A stretch of 64,000 nt of DNA, from contig NC_058368.1 of assembly GCF_018350175.1 (NCBI RefSeq), positions 162,752,001 through 162,816,000 on the forward strand. Direction: 5' to 3'. The stretch comes from Felis catus. Its lineage: Eukaryota. Of this stretch, positions 1 through 14,200 are shown piece by piece; the stretch's first letter is position 1, and each line of letters begins with the position of its first letter. Under the pieces are notes generated by a model. It had not been told where the DNA came from. It did not search any database and was given only the letters and a program-made list of their open reading frames with translations. The position numbers and the translations under genes are program-made.

Positions 1-1861
1 TTTTGATAACCCAAGAGGACTTACATATAAAACCTTCACACAACACATTACTTTTGCAGTTTCAGATAACTGACAAGCAGCCATCTGCAACTGTATACCA
101 CTAACATAAATCTTATATGTCAATCTGTCATCCATGAAAACTATAGTATGGAACAATATTTTAGCATGTATTTCATAGTGAATGCGGTTTATATTGAATT
201 AAATACATCTATTGAGATACCAGAAATCACTGAATTAAATTACATTCACCAAGTTCAAAAGTACACTGATTTTCCCTTTCCCAACCATCAAATGTGTGTA
301 TTCATAAACAGATATAAAACATACTGCAAAATCTATGCCAATTAATAAGGTTAAATACTTAACAACCTAATACAAATATTCTCATTTTTAAAGAGATACA
401 TATATAATTTTACATAATTAAAGAAAATATACAATTTTACTTATATTTTTCTCCAATTTACAAAGCTAGATCAATTGTATACATTCTTTCCATACATAAG
501 AGTGTATGGAAAGTTACATTTTTATGTCTTACAATTAAGGAAATCTAAATATTAAAAATAAGTTTTAAGATACATATCCAATTATGTACAAAAATAACCA
601 CAGGTAAACTTATAGTTTCAAGTTCACTTTAAAAATCATACAAACTGTGAAAAAACAATACTATGAAAAAATTTTGTTCTTAAAGTAGCATACCAACACA
701 TATAATCTAGTTGATCCAAAAGTATAAATAATGATTATAAATTACAGTAGTGTCTAAACTGCCCTGTAATAAAAGGAGGTATTCTTTGTAAATATGTGTA
801 AGAGTCTGACTTCATTAAAGTGCCAAAATTATTTTCGCTTTACCCATTTTCATTAAAAAGTTTATAAAAATGTATCATCTTATAAAATTGAGCACACTGA
901 ATGCAATGAAACCCTTGATAACTAAAAATCATTATGAATGCCAATTATTAAGTGACTTGTTCATCAAATATATGCATATATAGGGTGATTTCTTCTTCTC
1001 CCTAAATTAAGTATGAACTTCAACATTTTTCTTAATCTGTTATTCACAGATCTATTTCCTCCATATTCTGAATAGACAAAGTTGGCTTCAATCTGAGCTA
1101 AAACAAATGGAGTGTTATAATGTTATATGTGAAATACTTTATCTTTCAAATAAATGATCAGTAGAAAAGTGGAGTTTAATGTATTAATCAAACAACATTA
1201 ATACAGGCCCACTATCAGCAAAGTACTATTTTAGGTGCTGTAAATAATATACTAGGTGATAAGTTTTTAAAATTAGAAAAATTAAATTACTGAGTATGTA
1301 AATACTGATCAACAGTTTATTAAGAAGTCTTTTCAAAGAAAGCCACTCAAATGTACCTAAGTCATTTAAAAAAAAATCTTTTCATATATAATTGGCACTT
1401 TACTGAAGTTGGTATTTCTCCCGGAAGACATATAACTGGATAATACTATTATGGAATCACAAAAGGAAAGTGTTAAAAATAAGAAATAGTAGCAAATTAC
1501 TTCCTGCAATTCTTGAGTTAAAGTGAAAATATGTAAATATAACGCTATTCCTGAATTCACTGTATACTGGTATACAAAGAAGATAATCAACCTATGTTCT
1601 AATAGTTCAGTAACCTTTTGTGATGGACAGACTAGTGTATATATAGTTCTCAAAAATCATCACATAAATTTGGTTAGTTTAAATTTGTATACCGTAAATT
1701 TTCTAAATAAGCCCCAACTACTGGTAATGATAATTAAACTAAAACAAGTTGCAAGAAGAATAGAAATATCACTTTGTTTTTAAGATATAAACTTTTAACT
1801 AATCACTGGATTTTTTTCTAGTTTAGTTTATTAGTTTTTTATTTCACACCTGTACTATGGG

Positions 1862-1908
<47 letters not shown>

Positions 1909-2124
1909 CTGAGGTTTTTGGTGGGTTCTGAAGGCACAAGTCTGTTTCTTATATTAAAACAAAAACAAACACATTCATAAATATACAGGAAATGCATTTA
2001 ATTATAAAATACCAACTTTTAAAATATGATTGTCCATATCGGGTGGATAATGCAGCAACGGCAATGTGAATTCTTACAAATGAAGGCCAATTTTCCAGTT
2101 GTAAAATGGTCTCCTTTTGCTATT
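1..2124 (-). other. SLCO4C1: SLCO4C1 3' UTR and downstream region; true 3' end not determinable
   Basis: AT-rich sequence after the stop with no recognisable transposons; minus-strand AATAAA at 1838-1843, 1827-1832 and 1316-1321, ATTAAA at 1175-1180. Confidence 0.6.
1864..1907. repeat. (GT)22 microsatellite
   Basis: Direct reading. Confidence 0.98.
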
Positions 2125-2282
2125 TCACCCTTCATTTCCTGCATTGCTGAGATCACATTCTACTGAAACAGTCACAACTGCATGCTGACTCTGAAATGAT
2201 ACATCTGTGTCTAATGGTGGCGGCTTATACAAAAAGATTGCACACCCATTGAAGAAAACGGTGATAATTTTACAAGTAACAC
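2125..2282 (-). CDS. SLCO4C1: SLCO4C1 terminal exon 13, coding part (158 nt): (S)[51 protein letters not shown]
   Basis: Acceptor gtattTAG; last TM segment then TGA at 2127-2125. Confidence 0.94.
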
Positions 2283-5200
2283 CTAAATACAAAAACAAAA
2301 ATTAATCATGCATTTGGGTCTTTAAGTATTACAAAAAATTAATCCTCACTGAAAAATTCCTCATGAATAGAAACTACTTTAAAGAAGAGCATTATTTACA
2401 GTTCTATATTCTAAATTTTAAAAGTTTTACAAAGAAAGGTGATATTCTTCAGTAAAACATTTCTATACAACTCAATGAACTAGTCTTTATTTTCTCCTTT
2501 TTTTAAGTTTATTTATTCTGAGAAAGAGAGAGACAGAGAGCACACATGCAAGTGGGGGAGGGGCAGAGAGAGAGATGGAGAGAGAATAGCAAGCAGGTCC
2601 CCCACTGTCAGTGTAGAGCCTGACGTGGGACTCAATCTCACAAAACAGGAGATGATGACCTGAGCCGAAATCAAGAGCTGGATGCTTAATCGACTGAGCC
2701 TCTACTTTCTTTTCAAACAGTAAAATATACGATAACTGTTCTTTTCTTGGTTATGCTTGTACATTCTTATAAAATAAGTATTACAGAGAATTAAATAAAT
2801 CCAAGTTTCATTTCTAATTTTATTAACATCGTATGTATAAAAAATTACAAGGAATGAAGCCAGTGACAAAATAGCTTACTATATTCTTGAACCTAAGTAA
2901 GTTGTAGAATTTTCATGTCCATGAAGGAAAACAATTCTTAAAATGAAAAGCCTCTGGGCCTCTTAGGAGAAAGCTTCCATGAAATAGATCACATTGAATA
3001 CTCATCCAAATTTAAGTATCAACTAAAAATATGAAACAGATTCACTTCACAAATTTTGTTTTCAAAGAACTCTGATTCTGAACTTGGCTACATGAAGAGA
3101 AACTATTTCTGGCCAGAGTATAAGCATTTAAGTCACAGTTGAATAAATTAAATGACCTCACAATGTAGTTTTTACAATACCTAAATGTATTAGCCATTAG
3201 TATTTTATTCAAAACGCATATATGAAAAACAGGAATTTTCACTGAACTATGCATTTATAGAATTACATGTAGGAAGAATAATTACATAGGTATTATTGTC
3301 ACAATGTTTTTAGAAAATTTAAAGGTATGTATGTTTTGGGGAAAAATTCTCATATTCATCATAGACTAGGAAAAGGAGCAAATTCATTATCTGTACCTTT
3401 TGGTTAAAAAATACAAGCATAACAAATTAAATAATTTTTTAAGCATAAAAACACAGTGAATAAAAATGTTTAACAAGTAAAAATGGTAGAAAGATTAATT
3501 TCGCCTACTTAATATTTATTCTCCTATTATATTTTTGAATTTATGTATTTATTTCTTCAGTGGGCATTTTATTATTCTGTCATTATAAATTCAGACATCA
3601 TTCTCTAGGTTTAAACACATTGAAGCTTAATAAGCTATCCTGATACATATACCAAAATACAATCACAGTCACAACAAACTGCACAATATGTAAATATATA
3701 CGTGTGTGTGTATTGTATCTAGGACTTCTGAATTTTTTTATTGAACTATAGTGGCATAAGATTCGTATTAGTTTCAAGTATATAAGAATACTTTGATATT
3801 TTTAAACATAATGAAATGATAACTACCGTAGGTCCAGTTACTGTCACCACATAAAGTCATTACAGTATTATTGAACATAGATCCTATGCTGTACATTACA
3901 ACCTGTAACCTATTTTATAACTGGAAATTTGTACCTTTTATTCCCCTTCACCTATTTTGCCTGTCCACTCCTTCACTCCCCTGTGTCAACTACCAGTTTG
4001 TTCTCTGTATCTACCAATCTGTTTCTGGCTTGTTTTGTTTCTTTTACTTGTTTGGCTTTTTTTAGATTCCACATATAAATGAGATCGTAAGTTATTTGTC
4101 TTTATCTGACTTATGTCATTTAGCATAATACCACCTAGGTCCATTCATGCTGTCACAAATAACAAGATTTCATCCTTTTTATTCCTGTGTAATGTTCCAC
4201 TATATATATAGACCACATTTTCTTTATCCATTCATCTATCAATGGACACTTAGGTTACTTTCATATCTTACCTACTATAAATAATGTTGCAATGAACATA
4301 GGAGTACATATATTCATCAGATTAGTATTCTCATTTTCTTCAGATAAATACCCAGAAACACTCAGAAGTAGAATTACTAGATCATATTTAGTTTAGAATT
4401 AATAGATCTATTTTTAATTTTTTGAGGAACCCCCACACTATTTTACATAGCGGCTGCACCAGTTTGTATTCCTACTGACAGCGCATGAGAGTTCCCTTTT
4501 CTCCACATCCTCACCAACACTTGTTATTTCTTCTTTTTGATAATAGCCATTCTGATAGGTGTGAGGTGATAGCTCACTGTGTTTTTGATTTGCATCTCCC
4601 TTATGATTAGTGATGTAAAGTATCTTTTCATGTGCCTGTTGGCCATGTGAATGTCTTCTTTGGAAAAACGTCTATCAGATCCTCTGCCTATCTTTTAATC
4701 AGGTTGGTTGTTTGCTTTTTTGTGGTTGTTATTGAGTTGTATGATTTCTGTATATAGTTTGAATATCGACCCCTTATTGGACATCTCATCTCCAAGCATC
4801 TTCTCCCATTAAGTTGCCTTTTCATCTGTTTATGGCTTCCTTCACTGTACAAAAAAAGTTTTTTAGTTGAATGTGACTACATTCCCTTTATTTATTTTTG
4901 CCTTAGTTTCCCTTGCCTGAACTCAGAGATCCAAAAAACTACTGTTAAGGCTGCTGTCAAAGAGCTTATTACGTTTTCTTCTAAGAATTTTATAGTTTCA
5001 GCTCTTACACTGAAGCCTTTAATACATTTTGACTTTATTGTTGTGTATGGTGTAACAAAGAGGTCCAATTTCATTCTTTTGCATGTAGCTGTCCAGTTTT
5101 CCCAGCACCATTTATTGAAGAGACTGTCTTTTCTCCACTGTATGCTCTTGCCTGCTTTATTGTAGGTTAATTGAGCATATAAATATGGGTTTACTTTTGG

Positions 5201-8200
5201 GATTTCCTTAGTGCAACTGAAAAAGTTGTTTTCTTGATTTCTCTTTCTCATAGTTTGCTATTAGTGTAGAGAAATGTGACAGATTTCTGTATACTAATTT
5301 TGTATCGTGCAACTTTACCTAATTCACTTATTATTTCCAATAGTTTTTATGGTGGACTTCCAATACTATGTTGAATAAAAGTGGTGAGAGTAAGCATCCT
5401 TGTCATGTTCCTTATCATAGAAGAAAAGCTTTTATCTTTTTACTGTGGAGTAAAATGTTAGCTGTGGGTTTGTCATATGTGTCCTTTATTTATTGAGGTA
5501 TGTTCCCTCTTTACCTACTATGTTTAGAGTTTTTATCACAAATGGATGTTGAATTCTGTCAAATGCTTTTCCTTCAATTATGGAAATGATCAGGTTTTTT
5601 ATCCTTAATTTTGTCAATGTCATGTGTCACACTGATTGGTTTATGGGTACTGATGAACTCTGCATCCCTGAAACAAATCCCACTTAGTCGTGGTTTATGA
5701 TCCTTTTAATATACTGCTGAATTAAGTTTGATACTTTGTTGAGGACTTCTGCATTTATGTTCATTAGGGATATTTGCCTGTAATTTTCTTCTTTGCAGTG
5801 TCTTTGGTTTTAATATAAGGATAATGCGGGGCTCAGAAGGATTAAGTATTAACTCTTTAAATGTTTGGTAGAATTCACCTGTGAAGCCATCTGAACCAGA
5901 CCTTTGTCTGTTGGGTATTTTTTGATTACTGATTCAATTTCATTACTAGCAATTAGTCGTATTCAGGTTTTCTATTTCTTCAAGACTCAGTCCTGGAAGA
6001 CTATTTTTCTAGGAACTTATTCATTTCTTCTAGGTTATCTAATTTGATGGTGTATTATTGTTCATAATATTCTCTTATGATCCTTTGTACTTCTGTGGTG
6101 TCCACTGTAATTTCTCTTCTATCATTTCTGATTTTATTTGTTTGGGCTCTCTTTGTTTCTTGACAAGTTTAGTTAAAAGTGTTGATTTTTGTTGATTTTT
6201 GTTGATGTTTTCAAATAACCAACTCTTCGTTTCATTGATCATTTTTATTTATTTATTTGTTTATTTATTTATCTCTTATTTCACTTACTTTTTCTCCTGG
6301 TCTTTATTATTTCCTTCCTTCTATGAACCTTGGGCTTTGTTTTCTTTTTCTAGTTTCTTTAAATGTAAACTTAGATTGTTTGAGATTTTTATTGTTTCCT
6401 AAGGAAGGCCTGTATAACAATGAACTTCCTTCCCTTTTACAACTGTTATTTGCTGCATCCCCCAAATTCTAGAACATTGTGTTTCCATTTTTATTTATCT
6501 CAAGGTATTTTTTTAATTTCTCTTTTGATTTCTTCTTTGATCCACTGGTTGTTCAGTAGCATGTTTTTATTATTTTTATTATTTTATTATTTTATTTTAA
6601 TTATTTTTAAATTTATATCCAAGTTAATTAACATATAGTGCAACAATGATTTCAGGAGTAGATTCCTTAATGCCCCTTACCCATTTAGCCCACCTTCCCT
6701 CCCACAACCCCTCTAGCAGCCCTCTGTTTGTTTTCTATATTTAAGAGTCTCCTATGTTTTGTCCCCCTCCCTGATTTTATATTATTTTTGCTTCACTTCC
6801 CTTATGTTCATCTGTATCTTAAATTCCTCATATGAGTGAAGTCATATGGTATGTGTCTTTCTCTAATTTCGCTTAGCAAAATACTCTCTAATTCCATACA
6901 TATAGTTCCAAGTGGCAATATTTCATTCTTTTTGATTGCTAAGTAATACCACATCTTCTTTATCCATTCATCCATCGATGGACATTTGAGCTCTTTTCAT
7001 ACTTCGGCTATTGCCAATAGCATTGCTATAAACATTGGGGTGCATGTGACCCTTCAAAACAGCACACCTGTATCCCTTAGATAAATACCTAGTAGTGCAA
7101 TTGCTGGGTCATAGAGTAGTTCTATTTGTAATTTTTTGAGGAAACTAAATACTGTTTTCCAAACTTGCTATACCAGTTTAGTAGCATTTTTTTTAAATCT
7201 TCACATATTTTGGAGTGACTGGGTGGCTCAGTCAGTTAAGCATCTGACTTTGGTTCAGGTCATGATCTTACAGTTTGCATGTTCGAGCCTGATGTCAGGC
7301 TCTGTGCTGACAGCTCAGAGCCTGGAGCCTGTTTCAGATTGTGTGTCCCTCTCTGTCTGCCCCTCCCCAGCTCACTCTCTCTCTTAAAAATAAACAAACA
7401 TTAAAAAAAATTTTTAATAGAAAAATAAATAAATAAATCTTGACATATTTTGTGAACTTTCCAGTTTTCTTCTTGTAACTGATTTCCAATGTAATACTTT
7501 TGTGGCAAGAAAACATACCTGATATGATTTCAGTCTTCTCAAATTTATTGCAACTTGTTTTGTGACCCTGCATGTAATCTATTCTGGAGAATGTCCCATG
7601 TGCACTTGAAAAGAATGTGTATTCTGCTGTTTTGGCATGGAATGCTCTGTAAATATCTTTTAGGTTCATTTGATATATTTAAGGCCATACTTACATTATT
7701 GATTGTCTATCTGGATGATCTATCCACTAATGTGAGTGGGGTATTAAAGTCCCCTACTATTATTGTATTACTATTTCTCCCATTAATACTGGTGATATTT
7801 GCTTTACATATTTAGGTACTGCTATGTTAGGTACAGAAATGTTTACAAATGCTATTGGATTGATACCTTTACCATTATGTAATGCCTTTGTCTCTTGTTC
7901 CGGTCTTTGTTTTAAAATCTATTTTGTCTGAGGGGCATCTGGGTGGCTCAGTCAGGTAAGTGTCTTGACTCTTGATTTTGGCTCAGGTCATGACCCCACA
8001 GTCCATGAGATTAACCCCCACTCTGGACTCAGCATGGAGCACAGAGACTTTGGATTCTCTCTCTTTCTCTGCCCCTCCCCTGCTCATGCTTGCTCTCACT
8101 CTCTGTCTCTCCAAATAAATAAATAAGTAAATAAATAAACTTAAAGTCTATTTTGTCTGAAGTAAGTATTGCTATTCCAGCTTTCTTTCTATTTTTATGG

Positions 8201-11200
8201 AATGTCTTTTCTATCCCTTCACTTTCAGTCTGGGAGCTTATAGTAGCATATACAAGGGTCTTGTTTTTTATCCATTCAGCCACTATATGTGTTTTGATTA
8301 TAGAATTTAATTCATTTACATTTAAAGCAATTACTCATAGGTACGTACTTACTGCCATTTTGTTAACTGTTTTCTGGCTATATTTGTAATCTGTTTCTGA
8401 TCCTTTCTTCTTCTTTCTCTTCTCCTGTGGCTTATTTTCTTTTATTTGTTTAGATTCCTTTCTCTTTTTCTTTGTGCATTTACTATAATTTTTTTTTACA
8501 TGTGTGGTAACCATAAATTTCACATATAACATCTTACATATATAAGTCCCTTTCAAGTTGATGGTAACTTAATTTTGAACACATTTCAAAACTTTATACT
8601 TATACTCACATTCTCCACATTTTAGATTTTTGATAACACATTTTACATCTTTTTACTTCATGTTTCCTTAACTAATTATGCATTTTAAATGAACTTTACT
8701 ATTTTTATCTTTTACCCTTAACACTTACTTTATTAGAGGTTGATCTACTATCTTTATTATTTATTTACATTTACTGGTGAGATTTTTATTCTCATGTTTT
8801 CTCATTAATTAGTGTCTTTTCTTTTTAGCTTAAGAGAAGTGCCTTTAATATTTCTTGTAAGAACGGGTTAGTGGTGATGAACTTCCTTTAGTTTTTGCTT
8901 ACATGGAAAACTCTTTATATCTCCTTTATTCTAAATGATAACCTTGCTGGCTAGAGTACTCTTGCTTGACAGTTTTTTGGGTTTTTTTTCCTTTAAGGTT
9001 TTGAATATGTCATGCCACTCCTTTCCATCCTGTGCAGTTTCTGCTGAAAAACCTGCTGATAGGCTTATTGGGTTTACCTTATAGGTAATATATTTCATTC
9101 CCTTGCTGCTTTTAAGATTCTCTTTTATCTTTAACCTTTATCATTTTAATTATAATTTGTCTTGGCGTGTCTCTTTGCGTTCATCTTATTTGGAACTTTC
9201 TGGGATATCTGGATGTTGATGATCCAGATGAACATCCAGATGATCCAGATGTTGATGAATCTTCCCTTTTCTAGATTAGGGAAGTTTTCGGCCATTATTT
9301 CTTCAAATAATTTTTCTGGCCCTTTTCTCCCCTCTTCTCCTTCTGGGGCCCCTAAAATGCAAATGTTACTCCACTTAATGTTCTTCCAGAGGTCCCTTAA
9401 GGTATCACTTCTTTTAATTCTATTTTCATTTTGCTCCTCTGAGTGTTTTCCATTGTTGTCTTCCAGATCACTGATTCATTCCACTATTTTGTCCATTCTG
9501 CTGCTGAAACCCTTAGAATATTTTTTAGTTCAGTTATAAGTTATGTCTTGTACCTTCTTATATTTTCTACATTTTTCTTGAAGTTCTCGCTATTGATCCA
9601 TTCTTTTCCCAAAATTGGTGAGCATCTTTATGATCATTGCTTTGAACTCTTTATCAGTAGGCTGCTTATCTCTATTTCCCTAAAGTCTTTTTTTCTGAGA
9701 GTTGCTTTGTTCTTTGGTTTGGAATATATTCCTCTGTCTTCTCATTTTGCTTATCTCTCTGTTATTAGTCTATGTTTTAGGTACAATGACTACCTTTTTC
9801 AGTCTTGAAGTCGTGGGCTTATGTAAGAGCTGTTTCATGTGGCCCCAAAACACAATCTCCCCTGGCTACAGACACAGGCCCCCAATGGACATCCTTTTGT
9901 GGGCACTAAGTGCTAGCTGGCTACAATAGGGATGCAGCTGCTTTATGGGGTAGGTAGGGCTCCAGGTGCTTGGCCAATCCAGTTTTGGCTTGGCAGCCAT
10001 ATGGATAGGGCAGTGGTTAAGGTGTTTGCCTGATCCAGTTGGAGCTTGTCTGCTACATTGGGAGGGTGACGCTCAGGAAGTTTATCTTTCTAGTTGTGGC
10101 TAGATCTCTACAGTGGGTGAGTAGAGTACTGGGAATTTTCTCAGCCTGGTTACAGTGCAGGGTGCACAAACATGACCTCTGGTGCTAGTAGACGAGAGGG
10201 AGGGCACAGAAAATGACATTCAAAGACTGTCACCACCCAGTTGGGATGAAATTACAAAAATGGCACCTACCAGGGCTTCTGTCCCTGGATAATGTCACCG
10301 CAGGTTCCTGCCTCTCTAGCAGCCACCTTAAATTTAGTAAGTGGGTCTTCTGTGCTTATAGTCTGGGTGTTTTTCAATCTGTTGCTTTTGTGCTGGATCT
10401 CAGGATGAGTGGGTCTGCACATAAGCCCTTTAAGAGTGGGATTTCTGTTCCCTATAGTTCTGTGATTCTCTTGATCTTAATCTCTGTTTATTTTCACAAC
10501 CAGATGTTTTGAGATCTTGTCTTTCCAGTGACAGTCCTCAGGGTCAGGGTGCCTACTGTGCAGCACAATCCATTCACTAGTTGAGGAACTGCTCTTTATT
10601 TTGGGGATCCCTCCCAATTGTGGAGTTACTGGGTCTGGGGTGAGATCCTCAGCCAGGCCATGTCTCTGCCTTTCCTACCCTACTTAATGCATCTCTTTTG
10701 TCTTTTTTTATGGGGTGCTGTGTCGAATGCTAAGATCCTTTTTAGAAAATTATTCTACATGTAGCTGTAAATTTATTGTGTCCATGGGAAGAGATGAGTT
10801 CAGGGTCTTCCTATGCCACCATCTTGAAACCTCTACCTCTATTTTTAATTTAAATATTTTAATATTTTAGGTTGTTTTTAAATTTTTAAATTTTAACTCT
10901 TGCAAAACACATGCATTGGCGTAATCAATCTTCTGCAATCTTAAATGTCATTTATTGCTTAACCAAGACTATCCAAGATGGGCTACCAAAGGCAAAAAGG
11001 GTTAAACATCATAGCTAACCTTTTAAACTATAAAAACATTTCTTACAACATGCCTCTGAGCCAAAAGATACTTCCCTACCTCCAATGAGCAGGTATCTAG
11101 ATGACAATCATTCCAGAGAGTTTTTCAGAATTGTCTTTTATCTTTTTGTCAGACTTTCAAAAAATTTTTGACAGAAGTTGTTTTAAAAAATTACATGTGA

Positions 11201-14200
11201 TTTCATGAAAGGTAAAATGTTATTCTCTTCTGAGACTGAGCCTAACAGACTCATTAAAACCTTTCATCACATGCTGTGTTAACTGATCTCTATAGGATAC
11301 CCCAGTAGCACGGACTAATAAACATTATAAAACTTAAGTAACAGTAAGATTTTTTTTTCTTTTGACATTACCAATTTAATCTAAAGTTATCAAGAAATCA
11401 CCACTTACTTATGGCTACTAGCATGTAGGCCATCTTGATGTTATCATAAATCCAGCAAGCGCCTCTAGTTCCACATTCATTAATATCCCACAGAATACAT
11501 GTGCTGTCTATTGTGATACCAAATATAATTGGTCCAGGTATTGTGCCTAGAAGAATTATATGTGAAATACACATCAGTAAAGATTATAGCCTACAGTTAT
11601 AGATTTTTATATACATGGTTATACATATATTTTATATAAATAAGACTAGGAATTAATCTGGACATATATAAATCAATCAGTTCATGTACAAGTAATAGGG
11701 GTATAAAGAAACAGATAAAACATTCTAAAATAATTATATAATTATTATATACTTCTAATCAATTCAAAAATTCATTTTAATAAGAATATCTGGCATGCAT
11801 TAGGCTAACATTTAGCTAAGTAAATATTTTAATTCACTGCTTTCCTAATTTAATGAATATGTTTGAAATTAGCTATTTTAATTTTAAAAAATCAAAATTA
11901 TTGATGCACAAGTGCTAAACTACAATATATGTGTTATGTGCATGTGCATGCATGAAGAGTGAACATGTGTATGCACACACATGCACATACATATACATTC
12001 ATACTAACATGCTTAGGAATACTATCTCAAAAACACCCCCTCCCTCGCATGAGGTCACGAGGCTCTAAGCTGCCACATCTTTAGGAAGTTTCCAACTGTT
12101 GCAAATCAAATACATGAAGTGGTATTTCTTAGACAAAGATTTCAGTTACATCCAGTCTGTTTTTTCATGACCTGAAGACTGACAGAGTCAAAATAGCACT
12201 GGATTGAGAATAAAGTTATCATTTTCCTATTCTCATTTTCACCACAAATTGTGTAACCCTGGGCAAATCCCTGAATCTCCCAGAACCTTAATTTATTCAC
12301 CTGAAGATGGGAAAGTTGGTTCACAGGATTTCTAATGCTCCTAACTTTTGGTTTTTAGTTTTATAAATGATCTTTATATTATGGGTATAATATTGTGGGA
12401 ATCATCATACACACATATAATTATATGTATAATACAGTATTTCTGTCCTTCTGTTTCTTCCTACATCTGGAAACTTATGAAATTTTCTATAAAATCTTTC
12501 TTCCATCAATTCTTAACTAGCCACAATATGTATGCCAAATTTTAATTGAAATTTGTTAACTCATTATTTTTCATTGCTAATACGATATAATTATGCCCCA
12601 AATGGAGATCAATGCTGGGAGAAAAGAAATTGCAATAGTTATAAATATGATTCTATCATAATTTATGTTGATAATAGGTTTTACATGAATAGGAAAAATT
12701 TATGTATTTTACTGTGCTCAATTAAAAATGTGTTGATGATCCTATGTTATATTTATAATAAATATGATACACTCTTTAAAGTTATATTTGTAACAGAATT
12801 GGAAATGACAGTTAACCAATCAGGTAGGTTAAAGAGTAAAGTCATTATTTTCTTATGTGATCTGTAAACAATACTACATCTCAAATATTAGAAAACAACT
12901 TTCTTCAATGACAATTACATAGTTTTCTATGGCATTTAAATTATTTTCTTGGCATATCCCTTAAGTGAATTAATCAATAATGCTAATCAACAAAAATAAC
13001 CAACAGTCACCAATGAATTAAGAAAAATGGCATACCAACTAATCGAAGCAGCATTAACTGTATTCCCAATGCTAGGGACCGTTGCCTCTGATTAACACAC
13101 CTAAAGATATCAAATACGTATACGTTAACTAAAAGTGGTCATATAGTATATTTGCTCTTAAAGCCAATTTATTTTTCTACCAGTTTAGCATTTCTAGATT
13201 AAGTAAATGTTATGTGCATGAAATAAACAAACTATTTGTAACAGCTTATACAGAGTTGAACCTTTCTGGAATTATAAAAGAAAAATGTTACATGAACTAA
13301 AACACTACAAAACACCAAAAAGAATCAAAGTTTGACAAATATATCGAATATGTATGAATTGAAACAAATGTAAAAAAGAAAGCACATGCATTAATAAGAC
13401 TTGTTTTTTACTATCCCTTAAGTCACAAGTCACATGACTTAAGTCACAAACAAATAAATATTACTCTAATTCTTACTAAGTTTTGAGACAGAAACCATAC
13501 ATAGGGGATAAAGTACTAATTCAGGTTTTGTAAAACAGTTGTTGAGGCTCAATCTGATTCAACAATGATTCTTTAAGTAATGACTATCAAACATGAAATG
13601 AGACATGATACTGGCACACAAGAGTTAGGAGATAAAAGAGATCAACTAGTTTTTAAAAACAAACATGTAGTTGAAAAGTTTTATAGATAATGTTCCAAAA
13701 ATTAAGTTTTAAAAAATCGTTTTCTCAGTTCTCTAACTCCAATTTCCACATAGGATAATGTTATCAGACTATTTAATATTTGCAGACAGAATCTCCAAAA
13801 TTTCCATTGGACAAAAAGTATGTGAAAAAGTAATGAGTATCAGGGAACAAAAACTGAAGAGTAAAAAAGCTAGAGGTTGTTAGGAAAGACATAGAAAGAC
13901 TGATGAACTTATGAAAGGGCAGATTTTTTTATAAAAAAAAATTGATAAGTATTTTTATCAAGTGTTGTGAAGGAAAAAGAGCAAATTGAAAGCTCAAAAC
14001 ACTGCCAAGAGCCATGTGGCATCTAGCTTCTCATCTAGTAGAGCATTGTTTAGAGAAGGTTGAATAGCACTGCACCTACTATATGAGGTAGAATTCAGGT
14101 CATTCTGATTCTGACATATGCGGAATACTCTATATTTCCATCATACTCAAACACGATTGAATAGCTTAAACTGAAGCCTGATGAAAGAGTCAGAGAAGCT

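Larger units (their letters stand above)
3730..10840 (-). mobile_element. Near-full-length degenerate LINE-1 with internal deletions in intron 12, same orientation as gene; hosts three nested insertions
   Basis: L1 5' start (TCAAGATGGTGGCATAGGAAGACCCTGAA) near 10830; ORF2 peptides [23 protein letters not shown] (4892..5251) and [25 protein letters not shown] (7334..7669); 3' UTR and tail near 3735. Confidence 0.92.

Noticed and set aside
7212..7290. tRNA genes at SINE heads (A/B-box-like sequence)
   Set aside because: tRNA-derived Can-SINE heads followed by a CT linker and A tail, not cloverleaf tRNAs
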